Assembly: GCA_034432635.1 (NCBI GenBank)
Contig: DAOUBK010000101.1
Coordinates: forward strand, 263-64,262
Reading direction: 5' to 3'
Origin: Roseiflexus sp.
Lineage (GTDB): Bacteria; Chloroflexota; Chloroflexia; Chloroflexales; Roseiflexaceae
DNA: 64,000 nt
Shown here: positions 9,809-18,083 of the stretch, piece by piece
How positions within the stretch are numbered: position 1 is the stretch's first letter
Layout of the letters: each line of letters begins with the position of its first letter
Program-made: the position numbers and the translations under genes
The notes under the pieces: generated by a model
Database searches by the model: none
Told to the model about the DNA's origin: nothing
Seen by the model: the letters and a program-made list of their open reading frames with translations, nothing else

Positions 9809-10905
9809 AACAGAAACTTCCCATCTTTGTAGATCAGGCGTCCATCGGCATACGCCTCGCCCTGGCGCATATCACAGATCATATCCCAGTGGAGCGCCGA
9901 TACGTTTTGTGAGCCGGTTTCCGGATACCCTGCACCGAGCGCAAGGTGCACCGTACCGCCGATCTTTTCATCGAACAGAATATTCCGGCTGAAGCGGGTA
10001 ATATCATAGTTCGTGCCGAAAGCCACCTCTCCCAGTCGCCGCGCTCCCTCGTCCATATTCAAGAGCGAGTGTAACAGATCCTCGCCTTTCGCCGCAATCG
10101 CCTTAACGACCCGGCCATTCTCGAACCACAGACGAATGTCTTCAACTTCACGTCCGGCATAGATAGCCGGGAAACTGTAGCGGATATACCCCTGGGTTGC
10201 TGTTTCATTGCAACTGGAGAAGATCTCGCCATCGGGGAAATTACGGTCACCCGCACAATTGATCCAGGTGCGCCCAGCAACGTGATAGGTCAGGTCGGTA
10301 TCAGAGGCAACGAGGCGGATAACGCTGCACTCGTTGAGCCGATCGGCGATTCGCTGCTGCTCAGCGGATGTTCTGCGCCATTCGGCAACCGGATCGTCGT
10401 AGTGCAGTTTGCAAGCGCGGTAGACGAAATCCTCGAAATCGCTCAGCGACATATCAGCATCCTGTGCAGCTGCATTGGTCGGAAACAACGTCACACACCA
10501 GTTGAGCGTCCCTTCAGCAGAACGTTGCATGGTACGCTTCTGGATGTCACTCAATGCCTGACGACGCAACGCAATTTTGTCCGGCTCGATCCCGGAGAGT
10601 GCGCGGGTGTTATCGCTCGCCATGATTCGAATAGTCGCATCGATCGCTTCAATCTCCTGCCGCATGATAGGCGAAACGAACCGGATCTGCGCTTCGGAGC
10701 CGTGCCGGAAGAGCAATTCTTCCGTCTCTTCGAGGATCACCGCCAGGTAGGGATGGGCGCCGGCGAACAGGGCTTCTTTGTACAATGCGCGTACCAGCGG
10801 TGCGGCTGCTGGCGGTGCAATGATCCGAAACAGGTCACCTGGCTTGATCGCCAGCGAGTAGTGCACCAGCACCTGAGCCATCTTTTCAACACGCGGATCA
10901 GCCAT
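9805..10905 (-). CDS. M29-family (AmpS/PepS, aminopeptidase T-like) aminopeptidase
   Basis: The N-terminus KMAQVLVHYSLAIKPGDLFRI and the C-terminus GTVHLALGAGYPETGSQNVSALHWDMI are typical of thermophilic metalloprotease M29. It overlaps the lycopene cyclase start by 4 nt. Confidence 0.8.
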   Translation of the reverse strand: MADPRVEKMAQVLVHYSLAIKPGDLFRIIAPPAAAPLVRALYKEALFAGAHPYLAVILEETEELLFRHGSEAQIRFVSPIMRQEIEAIDATIRIMASDNTRALSGIEPDKIALRRQALSDIQKRTMQRSAEGTLNWCVTLFPTNAAAQDADMSLSDFEDFVYRACKLHYDDPVAEWRRTSAEQQRIADRLNECSVIRLVASDTDLTYHVAGRTWINCAGDRNFPDGEIFSSCNETATQGYIRYSFPAIYAGREVEDIRLWFENGRVVKAIAAKGEDLLHSLLNMDEGARRLGEVAFGTNYDITRFSRNILFDEKIGGTVHLALGAGYPETGSQNVSALHWDMICDMRQGEAYADGRLIYKDGKFLF

Positions 10906-11923
10906 TGGTCTTGCCTTTCATGTTGACAATCTCGCGGAGCGCCATACCCAGCGCACCGGTATCGTAGCGAATGGTATCCTGCTTGTTCCACAGCGCGCGT
11001 CGTGGTTCCACATATCCGGTCAATTCTTGCACCAGCGGCATCACCCCCAATGCACGAACAGCGGCGATTTCATCCTCATCAGGGCGCAGCAGATGAAGCC
11101 CTTCTTTCTCATACTGACGAAGCGCATCCACATCCGGATTGCTGCGGTTGATCAGCACCACATCGAGCACACCCGGTCCCAGCTCCGCAACAATCCGCTG
11201 CACATGGTCGATACAGCGGTAACCATCGGTCTGACCCGGCTGCGTCGTCGAATTGCAGACATACACCACCGTCCCACGACAGGTTGCCAGCGCGTCCACC
11301 ACACCGTCAAACTGCAAACAGGCAAGCACCGATGTCCATAGACTTCCGGGTCCGATCACCACCAGATCGGCGGAGCGGATCGCATCGAGCGCCGGAGGAT
11401 AGGCATGTGCCGGTTCACACAGGAACAGGCGCGCAAGGGGAGGCTTGCCCGGTGCGCGCACCTCGAACTCCCCCGTCACGTGTGTGCCATCGACCAGTTC
11501 GGCGCACAGGGTTGTGTTGGCGACGCTGACCGGCAACACCCGCACCGACGCTCCTGCCAGGTGCGCGGTATGCTCAACAGCGGCGGCGAAGTCGCCGGTG
11601 ACGCGAGTCAGCGCAGCGATCAGCAGATTGCCGAACGCCATTCCTGCCAGTGCAGGCACACCGGTGCCATCGAAGCGATGGTTCAACGTCTCTGCCATGA
11701 CCTGATCGCTGGCGAAGGCTGCTATTGTCGCACGCAGATCGCCGGGGGCGGGCATGGCGCCGATCTGTCGCGCCAGTCCGGAGGAACGACCGGTATCGGT
11801 CACGGCGATGATCGCCGTGCGCGATGCAGCAATGGATGCAACTGCGTGCAATACGTGAGTGGCACCACCACCACCGCCAATGGCAACGACACTGATTTTT
11901 ATGTCAGATGAACGAAGATCCAT
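10898..11923 (-). CDS. YvcK/GlmR-CofD family (UPF0052) protein
   Basis: VVAIGGGGGATHVL, VTDTGRSSGLAR and LVVIGPGSLWTSVL blocks match the YvcK/CofD fold signature. Confidence 0.7.
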   Translation of the reverse strand: MDLRSSDIKISVVAIGGGGGATHVLHAVASIAASRTAIIAVTDTGRSSGLARQIGAMPAPGDLRATIAAFASDQVMAETLNHRFDGTGVPALAGMAFGNLLIAALTRVTGDFAAAVEHTAHLAGASVRVLPVSVANTTLCAELVDGTHVTGEFEVRAPGKPPLARLFLCEPAHAYPPALDAIRSADLVVIGPGSLWTSVLACLQFDGVVDALATCRGTVVYVCNSTTQPGQTDGYRCIDHVQRIVAELGPGVLDVVLINRSNPDVDALRQYEKEGLHLLRPDEDEIAAVRALGVMPLVQELTGYVEPRRALWNKQDTIRYDTGALGMALREIVNMKGKTNG

Positions 11924-12075
11924 GCTGGATCGTGCGGCACACGTCGGCTCACGGTGAGATACCGGTCACGTACAGGGCATTATACAGAACAGGTGTGGCA
12001 GACGCAAACCAGAACCAGGAGCAACACCGGAGCGAGAGCATCTCGCTCTTGCAGAGAGAGCGAGTATGGGCAACA

Positions 12076-13116
12076 CTACCCGGAATGGTTGACCGTGTGC
12101 ATGGTCACTATTTGAAGCGCCTCGTATGGGTTGCGCACAGTTTGCATCTCTTCCAGACGCATCCCCAGGTTACTCAGCGTCATCGCAGTTTCTGCGGAGA
12201 TCCCGGTCAGCGCGACACGGCTGCCGAGCAGACGGATGGATTGCGCCGTGCGGATCAGCAACTGTGCCACCTGCGTATCAACCAGCGGCACACCGGCAAT
12301 GTCAATAATCACCGCACGGGCGCGCTGCGCATAGACGGCATCAAGGAGCCGCTGTGTCAACTGACCCGCGCGTCGACTATCCAGATAACCGACGATCGGT
12401 GCCAGCAGCACCCCTTCGGCAATGGCGATCACCGGCGTTTCGAGCACACTCACTAGGTCGAGCAGACGCTGCTGTTCAGCATACTGTTGTGCGATGGTGG
12501 ATTGCGCTTCCTCAGCGCGCTGCCGCGCGTCCTCGGCTTCTGCAGCGCGTTTATCGGCGAGCGTGACGGCAGCATCGGAGACGGTGAGCAACCGATCACT
12601 TAGGAGCCAGATGATCACCAGCAGGGTGACAAATCCAATACCGCTGAAGAGTGGTAGCGCGTCGCCGATGATGACCTGCTCCACCCTGACTTTCGGCGCA
12701 AACCAGGCAAGCCCGGCACCAGCAACAATACTGCTGACCAGCGTCAATAGAATGGAAGGACGATGTCTTCCAAGAGTGACCAGCACCAGCGGGACGGTGA
12801 AGAACGGTAGCGCCACAAATGTCTGCTCTGGCACCAGAAACACGCTCATCGTGAGCCCCGCGATCGTTGTGATCACTATCGGGAGAATAGCCTGCCACAA
12901 CACCCGACGTTTCATCAGCGCCAGTGTGGTCAGGCTCCCCAAGATTCCCAGTGCCACCACGCTGGCATAAGGCGCAAAAGTGGCAATATTGCTGGTTATG
13001 ATCATCAGAATGGCGATCAACAGCAGAGCAGCGCACGCACTGGCTACAATGGTCATTGCAATAAGACGGATCAATTGTCGTCGTGCAATTGCAACGAACT
13101 CCAGACCGGTCTCCAT
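12076..13116 (-). CDS. Polytopic membrane protein with a C-terminal STAS domain
   Basis: About six hydrophobic helices come first, then a coiled segment, then an RsbR/SpoIIAA-like STAS block (VIAIAEGVLLAPIVGYLDSRRAGQL...AVIIDIAGVPLVDTQVAQ...GSRVALTGISAETA). Confidence 0.7.
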   Translation of the reverse strand: METGLEFVAIARRQLIRLIAMTIVASACAALLLIAILMIITSNIATFAPYASVVALGILGSLTTLALMKRRVLWQAILPIVITTIAGLTMSVFLVPEQTFVALPFFTVPLVLVTLGRHRPSILLTLVSSIVAGAGLAWFAPKVRVEQVIIGDALPLFSGIGFVTLLVIIWLLSDRLLTVSDAAVTLADKRAAEAEDARQRAEEAQSTIAQQYAEQQRLLDLVSVLETPVIAIAEGVLLAPIVGYLDSRRAGQLTQRLLDAVYAQRARAVIIDIAGVPLVDTQVAQLLIRTAQSIRLLGSRVALTGISAETAMTLSNLGMRLEEMQTVRNPYEALQIVTMHTVNHSG

Positions 13117-13306
13117 CCTTATTTCCTTTCTGAACAGGTTCCAGGCATACTATAATTGCATATGGCTGGCACTATGCCTTCAACATGGTCTCGAAACGGT
13201 TGCAGTTTTGCAATTGTCGGGTCATGCCTAATCAATGTAACAACGATCTTGCAGCAGGCGCCGGTCTCACCAGCCGCGACAGCGCCGTGAAAGGAAACAT
13301 TGCTGC

Positions 13307-14272
13307 ATGACAATCGAGCCGTGGTACTGGCAGGCTGTCGAGGCGATAGACTATCCATTCCCACAGCATATGCATCCTGATATTGACTGGTTGGAGCGTG
13401 AGATCATCGCGTGGTCTCGCACTCACCGTCTTGTTCAGAGCCAGGAGCAAATCGATCACATTCGTGCAATGCTCCTGGCAGAATTTATTGCGCGCGCCAA
13501 CGCCGACTTAAGGCGGCCTGTGTTGCGTCTGATCGGGCTGTGGACTGTCTGGTTTTTCTTTCTGGATGATCTGACTGATACTATTCCCTCAGTCGAATCA
13601 TTGGCGGATTTCCATCTACGCATTCTTTCAGCGACTACCGAACATATCACACATTCGCAGGAGCATCCGCTCATCTCAGCGGTTGCAGACCTCTGGGATG
13701 AACTCAGACAGTACGCAGGACCCATCACACAGGTTCGCTTTTACCGTGCGTTCGTTCAAACATTGGAGGCGCATCTGTGGGAGGTATCCAATCGCACTGC
13801 CCGTGTCCAGCCGGATAGCGCAACATATACCGCCATGCGCCTCTGGTCTGGAGCGTTTTTTCCGATGATCGCACTGATAGATGCGGCACGTGACTTTGTT
13901 TTGCCTTCTTATCTCTTCGAGCACGCTACGATGCGCGAATTCTTAGATGCCGCTGCTCGAGCTGTCCTGTGGTACAACGATCTCTGGTCGTACCCAAAAG
14001 AGCGGCGAACGAACGACTCGCCGCATAATATCGTTCACATCATTGCACGAGAGGAACATCTGTCCCTCCGGGAAGCAGTGGATCGAGTCATTGCCCAGCA
14101 CGACCAGTCGCTCCAATGCTTTCTTGCGCTCAAACAGCATCTCCAGCATCTTGGTGGTGAGAGTCCTCAAGTGCACTACTTCATAGAAGGTGTAGCGGCC
14201 TGGTTGCGTGCGACACAGGACTGGTCGCACCGCACTGAGCGATACAGGGAGGCCAGAGCTCTGAAGCAATAA
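13307..14272 (+). CDS. Bacterial class I terpene synthase (sesquiterpene-cyclase type)
   Basis: The Asp-rich motif is FFFLDDLTD (DDLTD at 13565-13579). The NSE/DTE motif is NDLWSYPKE (13976-14002). An RY pair (TERYRE) lies near the C-terminus. Length is 321 aa, and the gene is visibly more AT-rich than its neighbours. Confidence 0.85.
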   Translation: MTIEPWYWQAVEAIDYPFPQHMHPDIDWLEREIIAWSRTHRLVQSQEQIDHIRAMLLAEFIARANADLRRPVLRLIGLWTVWFFFLDDLTDTIPSVESLADFHLRILSATTEHITHSQEHPLISAVADLWDELRQYAGPITQVRFYRAFVQTLEAHLWEVSNRTARVQPDSATYTAMRLWSGAFFPMIALIDAARDFVLPSYLFEHATMREFLDAAARAVLWYNDLWSYPKERRTNDSPHNIVHIIAREEHLSLREAVDRVIAQHDQSLQCFLALKQHLQHLGGESPQVHYFIEGVAAWLRATQDWSHRTERYREARALKQ

Positions 14273-14341
14273 GGTTTCAAACAAATTGATAGCAGGCGCC
14301 AGAACGACGCTGATACGCTGGCGCCATCTATGCAACATCTG

Positions 14342-15715
14342 TCACCCGCCCGACGCTTCGACCAGATCAAAGGCGCGTACTGCTTCCGCCTCCGCCCGCC
14401 GCAGCGCTGCTTCATCACGCCCACCACCATCGTCCAGACCGGCGCGGTCGCCGCGCGTCATGGCAAACACAGCGCGGAGCACTTCTTCCTGCTCGACGCT
14501 CATGCTTACCTTGCGACGCGCCATAACTTTGCGCGCCACGTCGATCATCGACTGGATGCGGTACTCGCGAAACACTTCGCCACCCCAGGTGAAGGGCGGA
14601 ATAGTTTTGGGCGCAAAGTGAACCCCAAAAATGTTCGAGCCGGTGCCGATGACGGCGCCACCATTCAAATGAACCCCAATTCCTAGCTTGACATGATCGG
14701 CAAGGAAACACCCCAGTTTGAGGATGCCGCTGTCGATCTGACCGAACCCCTCGATCACCATGCGGATTGTGCCATAGGTGTTCTTCAGATCGCTGTTGGT
14801 TGTCATGGCGCCGATATTGACCCACTCGCCGAGGTATGAATGACCGAGAAAACCGTCGTGGTGCTTGTTACTGTACCCCTGAACAATGCTCGCCTCAACC
14901 TCGCCACCGATACGGCAGACAGGTCCGATACTTGTTTCGCCGCGTATGCGCGCACTGGCGATCAGTGAGCCAGGTCCGATCCAGGCCGGTCCCTGGATGA
15001 ACGAAAACGGTTCGATCCGCGCGGCATCGATCACGATCGGACCATCGCGCGCATCGAGCGCCAGCGGTGGTTCCAGGCGCGCCTCGCGGTGAATGAAGAC
15101 GTGCGCCGGCTTGGTGATGACAATCGATGGATGGGCCGGCGGCTGGTCAGCTGCACACATCCAGCCATCCTGCCTGACGATGAGTGGAACATCGCGCACG
15201 ATCTGTTTGCCGTTCAGCGCAATCAGGTCCCAGGGGAAGGTGAGCAGACGTGTCTCGATCTCGACGAGACGCCCGATCCGACGCAGTTCCGCAAGCGTCG
15301 CTGCGCCACGCTGCTCCAGAAGGTAGGGAAGCACTGCGCTTGCCATCCACGGCGTCAGACGCGCGCCCAGCAACACCGGACTGCCGAGCAGAGCATACCC
15401 TGCGTCGGTGAGATACACCGTTCCCACCGGTTCATCGAGCAGATCGGGGACCCATCTCGCGTCGAGCGCACGCGCATTCACAAACGTAATCGGTGCACTC
15501 CGACTGAGCAGAGTGAGGGGCCAGCGTCCAACGCCATACGCCCGCGCTAGATGAGCACGGCAGATAACCGCTGGCGCAATCCCCGTCAGCGCGTGTACCC
15601 GCTCGCGTAAGGTAAAGATGCCGCAGCGCAGGTCACAAACAGGTCGCGTATGCGTCAATGGCAGGAATGTGCGACATCCCTCGTCTTCAAAGAGCACGAT
15701 TGCTTCATCAGTCAT
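14342..15715 (-). CDS. GlmU-like sugar-1-phosphate nucleotidyltransferase with a left-handed beta-helix domain
   Basis: The N-terminal region is nucleotidyltransferase-like (IVLFEDEGCRTFLPLTHTRPVCDLRCG). Hexapeptide-repeat stretches follow (IGPGSLIASARIRGETSIGPVCRIGGEVEASIV...GEWVNIGAMTTNSDLKN). The start may be at 15715 (MTDEA) or 15754. Confidence 0.6.
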   Translation of the reverse strand: MTDEAIVLFEDEGCRTFLPLTHTRPVCDLRCGIFTLRERVHALTGIAPAVICRAHLARAYGVGRWPLTLLSRSAPITFVNARALDARWVPDLLDEPVGTVYLTDAGYALLGSPVLLGARLTPWMASAVLPYLLEQRGAATLAELRRIGRLVEIETRLLTFPWDLIALNGKQIVRDVPLIVRQDGWMCAADQPPAHPSIVITKPAHVFIHREARLEPPLALDARDGPIVIDAARIEPFSFIQGPAWIGPGSLIASARIRGETSIGPVCRIGGEVEASIVQGYSNKHHDGFLGHSYLGEWVNIGAMTTNSDLKNTYGTIRMVIEGFGQIDSGILKLGCFLADHVKLGIGVHLNGGAVIGTGSNIFGVHFAPKTIPPFTWGGEVFREYRIQSMIDVARKVMARRKVSMSVEQEEVLRAVFAMTRGDRAGLDDGGGRDEAALRRAEAEAVRAFDLVEASGG

Positions 15716-15738
15716 AGCAGACCTGGTATCAACAGGGG

Positions 15739-16956
15739 TTACTGCCGCTTCCACACTTCCATAATCGCGGTCGCCAGTTTTTCGGGATCGTGACGCAACA
15801 CCCGTACCGTGCGTCCCTCGCCGGGATGATCGAGCGACGCTGTCAACTGGACCACCGCTGTCGCAAGATCGGCTTCGATAACTTTTGCGCCCTCGATAAG
15901 AATATCCCGCGTCGTCAGCCGGTCGGTCGTGCTGACGACGGTTTCTTCGTATTCCTCAGGGGTGAGAAAGACCGGCATCTGCCCGGCTGCTGCATAAATC
16001 CGGCGCACCTCTGCGTCGATCCGTGGTGCATTGACCAGAACATAGTCGGGGGTGAAGCCGCCGAAGCGCACAATCTGGCGTACATGATCACCGACACTGT
16101 AGCCGGCGGTCATGCCGGGTTCGGTCATCAGGCTGCATATGTAGATTTTACAAGCCTTACTGCGACGAATGGCATCGCGCAGGTCGGGAATGAGCAGATT
16201 GGGCAAAATACTTTCGTACAAACTGCCGGGACCGAACACAAGAACATCGGCAGTGGAAATTGCATCAAGCGCAACCTGGGTCACCTGCAATGGCGTGGTG
16301 GCAGGTCCGTCTTCATCGCCGATGTAGATATTGACGACGTGGCGCTGCGCCAGGCGTTCATCGTGAGCGATATTGTGCTTAATATTGAAACGTTGCCCAT
16401 CGTCGAGCTCGACGAATACCTCATGCGGTTCCAGCGTCGGCACCACAAACACCACATTTTCGAAGTTGAACAGACTCGACGCGCGGTAGTAATATTCGAC
16501 CGGATCCTGAACCGGCGTGATACAGGTCAACAATTGAGCCGTCCGACCGAGGCTGGCAGTAATCAGCAACCCCGCGCCTCCAGAAATGACCGTCATCCGC
16601 GGATGCATCTGATCGCGCTGATAGGCGAGCACGACTTCGCCGCTCGTGTCGCGTGCATCGAGTGAGATAACCGCGACACCACTGAGTTGCCATATGCCAA
16701 CGGCGAGCACAATCAGCCCCAATACTGCAAAGACTAACCCGCGCGCCCACAGGGGCAGGAATTGCAGCGTGATGAACGAGAACATCGGTGGCAGCGTCGC
16801 CGTGCGGTACACGAAGATGAAGAAATACGCCACCCCCAGTGACAACAGGACGATACCGATAAACGTCAATGCCAGCGGACGGAGCAATCGACGCAACGAA
16901 CTCAGACGTTGCACGACAGGTTGCATAGTGATGGCGTTCTCCTGTTCCTGTATCAC
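15739..16956 (-). CDS. Membrane-anchored YvcK/CofD-family paralog
   Basis: Two N-terminal TM helices are followed by a strong YvcK C-terminal block (ADVLVFGPGSLYESILPNLLIPDLRDAIRRSKACKIYICSLMTEPGMTAGYSVGDHV). The N-terminal DDGGSSG-type motif is not conserved. Confidence 0.7.
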   Translation of the reverse strand: MIQEQENAITMQPVVQRLSSLRRLLRPLALTFIGIVLLSLGVAYFFIFVYRTATLPPMFSFITLQFLPLWARGLVFAVLGLIVLAVGIWQLSGVAVISLDARDTSGEVVLAYQRDQMHPRMTVISGGAGLLITASLGRTAQLLTCITPVQDPVEYYYRASSLFNFENVVFVVPTLEPHEVFVELDDGQRFNIKHNIAHDERLAQRHVVNIYIGDEDGPATTPLQVTQVALDAISTADVLVFGPGSLYESILPNLLIPDLRDAIRRSKACKIYICSLMTEPGMTAGYSVGDHVRQIVRFGGFTPDYVLVNAPRIDAEVRRIYAAAGQMPVFLTPEEYEETVVSTTDRLTTRDILIEGAKVIEADLATAVVQLTASLDHPGEGRTVRVLRHDPEKLATAIMEVWKRQ

Positions 16957-18062
16957 GCCCCCTGCGGTTGACGCAACTTTTCGCGCAGCACATGCAGTTT
17001 CACACCACGCCGCGCCACCAGTTCGACGAGCGTGAGCGCAGCCAAAGATGCATCACCGATACCGCCAGCACGTCCAAGGGTCGGCTGCCCATCTTCTGTC
17101 ACACCGATCAGCAACTGATGGGCTGCACGCGCTTCGACAATGCGCATCGCCGGTTGTTCGGCGAACTCGACACTCAAGCTGGTTTGCGTTTCCCAGACGC
17201 GCACCCATGGCGCCGCTGCTGCTGCGGAAGCAGGAACGATAACCAGCCCGCGCTGACGATACTGACGATTGAGGTAGTGCGCCAGTAACAGTGCAACTTC
17301 GAGGGGCGACGCCAGCTCGCCTTCGTTGTCGACCACGCCGAGTGACCGACCATCCGCCGAAATTGCAACACCCAGGTGCGAGTCGCTCTCGCGCACCAGT
17401 TTGCGCAAACGCACGAGTGAGGCACTGTGTGGATGCGGCGTCTGACGACCGAACCAGGCGTCCTGTTCGCGGTTGATCTCGATTGTTTTGGTGCGAGCGT
17501 CGTCGCCGATCACGGCAGGAATGACGCCGCCTGTTGCACCGTTCATCACGTCCACAAAAATGGTCAGTGACGTCTGACGCATCAGTTCGACATCGATCAC
17601 ATCTCGCAGGCTATCGATGTAGATGCGGCGTGCATCGACCAGGTTCGCATCGGGTGCATCCGAAGGGAATGGCAGCCATTCGGCAGGCGGCGATCCATTG
17701 ATGAACGGATTCAACCCCGGCGCGGGGGCAATCAGGATCAATCCGTTGAGCCAGTACTCTCGATTACCGGCGGAAACGATCAATGCACAATCGGCAACAT
17801 GCTGATCAAGCGCGACATCGGCTGCCGGACGCGGCAGTGGCGTTGCACTGAGCGACACCTGCGCTCCCAACGCACGCAATCCCCGATAGCAGTCGGCAGC
17901 AATCTGTGCAGAAAGGAAGCGTGTATCGCAGGCGACCAGGCACCGCCATCCACGCGCATTGAGCAGATCAGCCAGCGCTGCATACCGGCGACGGACTGCG
18001 TCAAGCGTAAAATCGGCAACAACTGCGCCTTCCCAACAGTACGTGTATCGCACGGTGTGCAT
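16953..18062 (-). CDS. Alpha-D-phosphohexomutase-like protein lacking the catalytic phosphoserine and metal loop (pseudo-enzyme)
   Basis: It aligns with the neighbouring mutase. SAGNRE (17757-17774) replaces TASHNP, and SADGRS replaces DGDGDR. There are 4-nt overlaps at both gene junctions. Confidence 0.65.
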   Translation of the reverse strand: MHTVRYTYCWEGAVVADFTLDAVRRRYAALADLLNARGWRCLVACDTRFLSAQIAADCYRGLRALGAQVSLSATPLPRPAADVALDQHVADCALIVSAGNREYWLNGLILIAPAPGLNPFINGSPPAEWLPFPSDAPDANLVDARRIYIDSLRDVIDVELMRQTSLTIFVDVMNGATGGVIPAVIGDDARTKTIEINREQDAWFGRQTPHPHSASLVRLRKLVRESDSHLGVAISADGRSLGVVDNEGELASPLEVALLLAHYLNRQYRQRGLVIVPASAAAAAPWVRVWETQTSLSVEFAEQPAMRIVEARAAHQLLIGVTEDGQPTLGRAGGIGDASLAALTLVELVARRGVKLHVLREKLRQPQGA

Positions 18063-18083
18063 AGTCGAAACCCGACCGCCGCC

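Noticed and set aside
12030-12064. Alternative hairpins GAGCGAG / CTCGCTC(T) / (A)GAGCGAG between the STAS gene and the YvcK gene, considered as a transcription attenuator.
   Set aside because: There is no U-tract, no leader peptide and no recognisable riboswitch aptamer. It is more likely a simple intergenic stem-loop or weak terminator after the STAS gene.
13117-14340. A terpene biosynthetic gene cluster around the cyclase.
   Set aside because: The flanking genes (a STAS membrane protein and a GlmU-like enzyme) have no terpenoid function, and no prenyltransferase or tailoring enzyme is adjacent. The cyclase appears to be a singleton.
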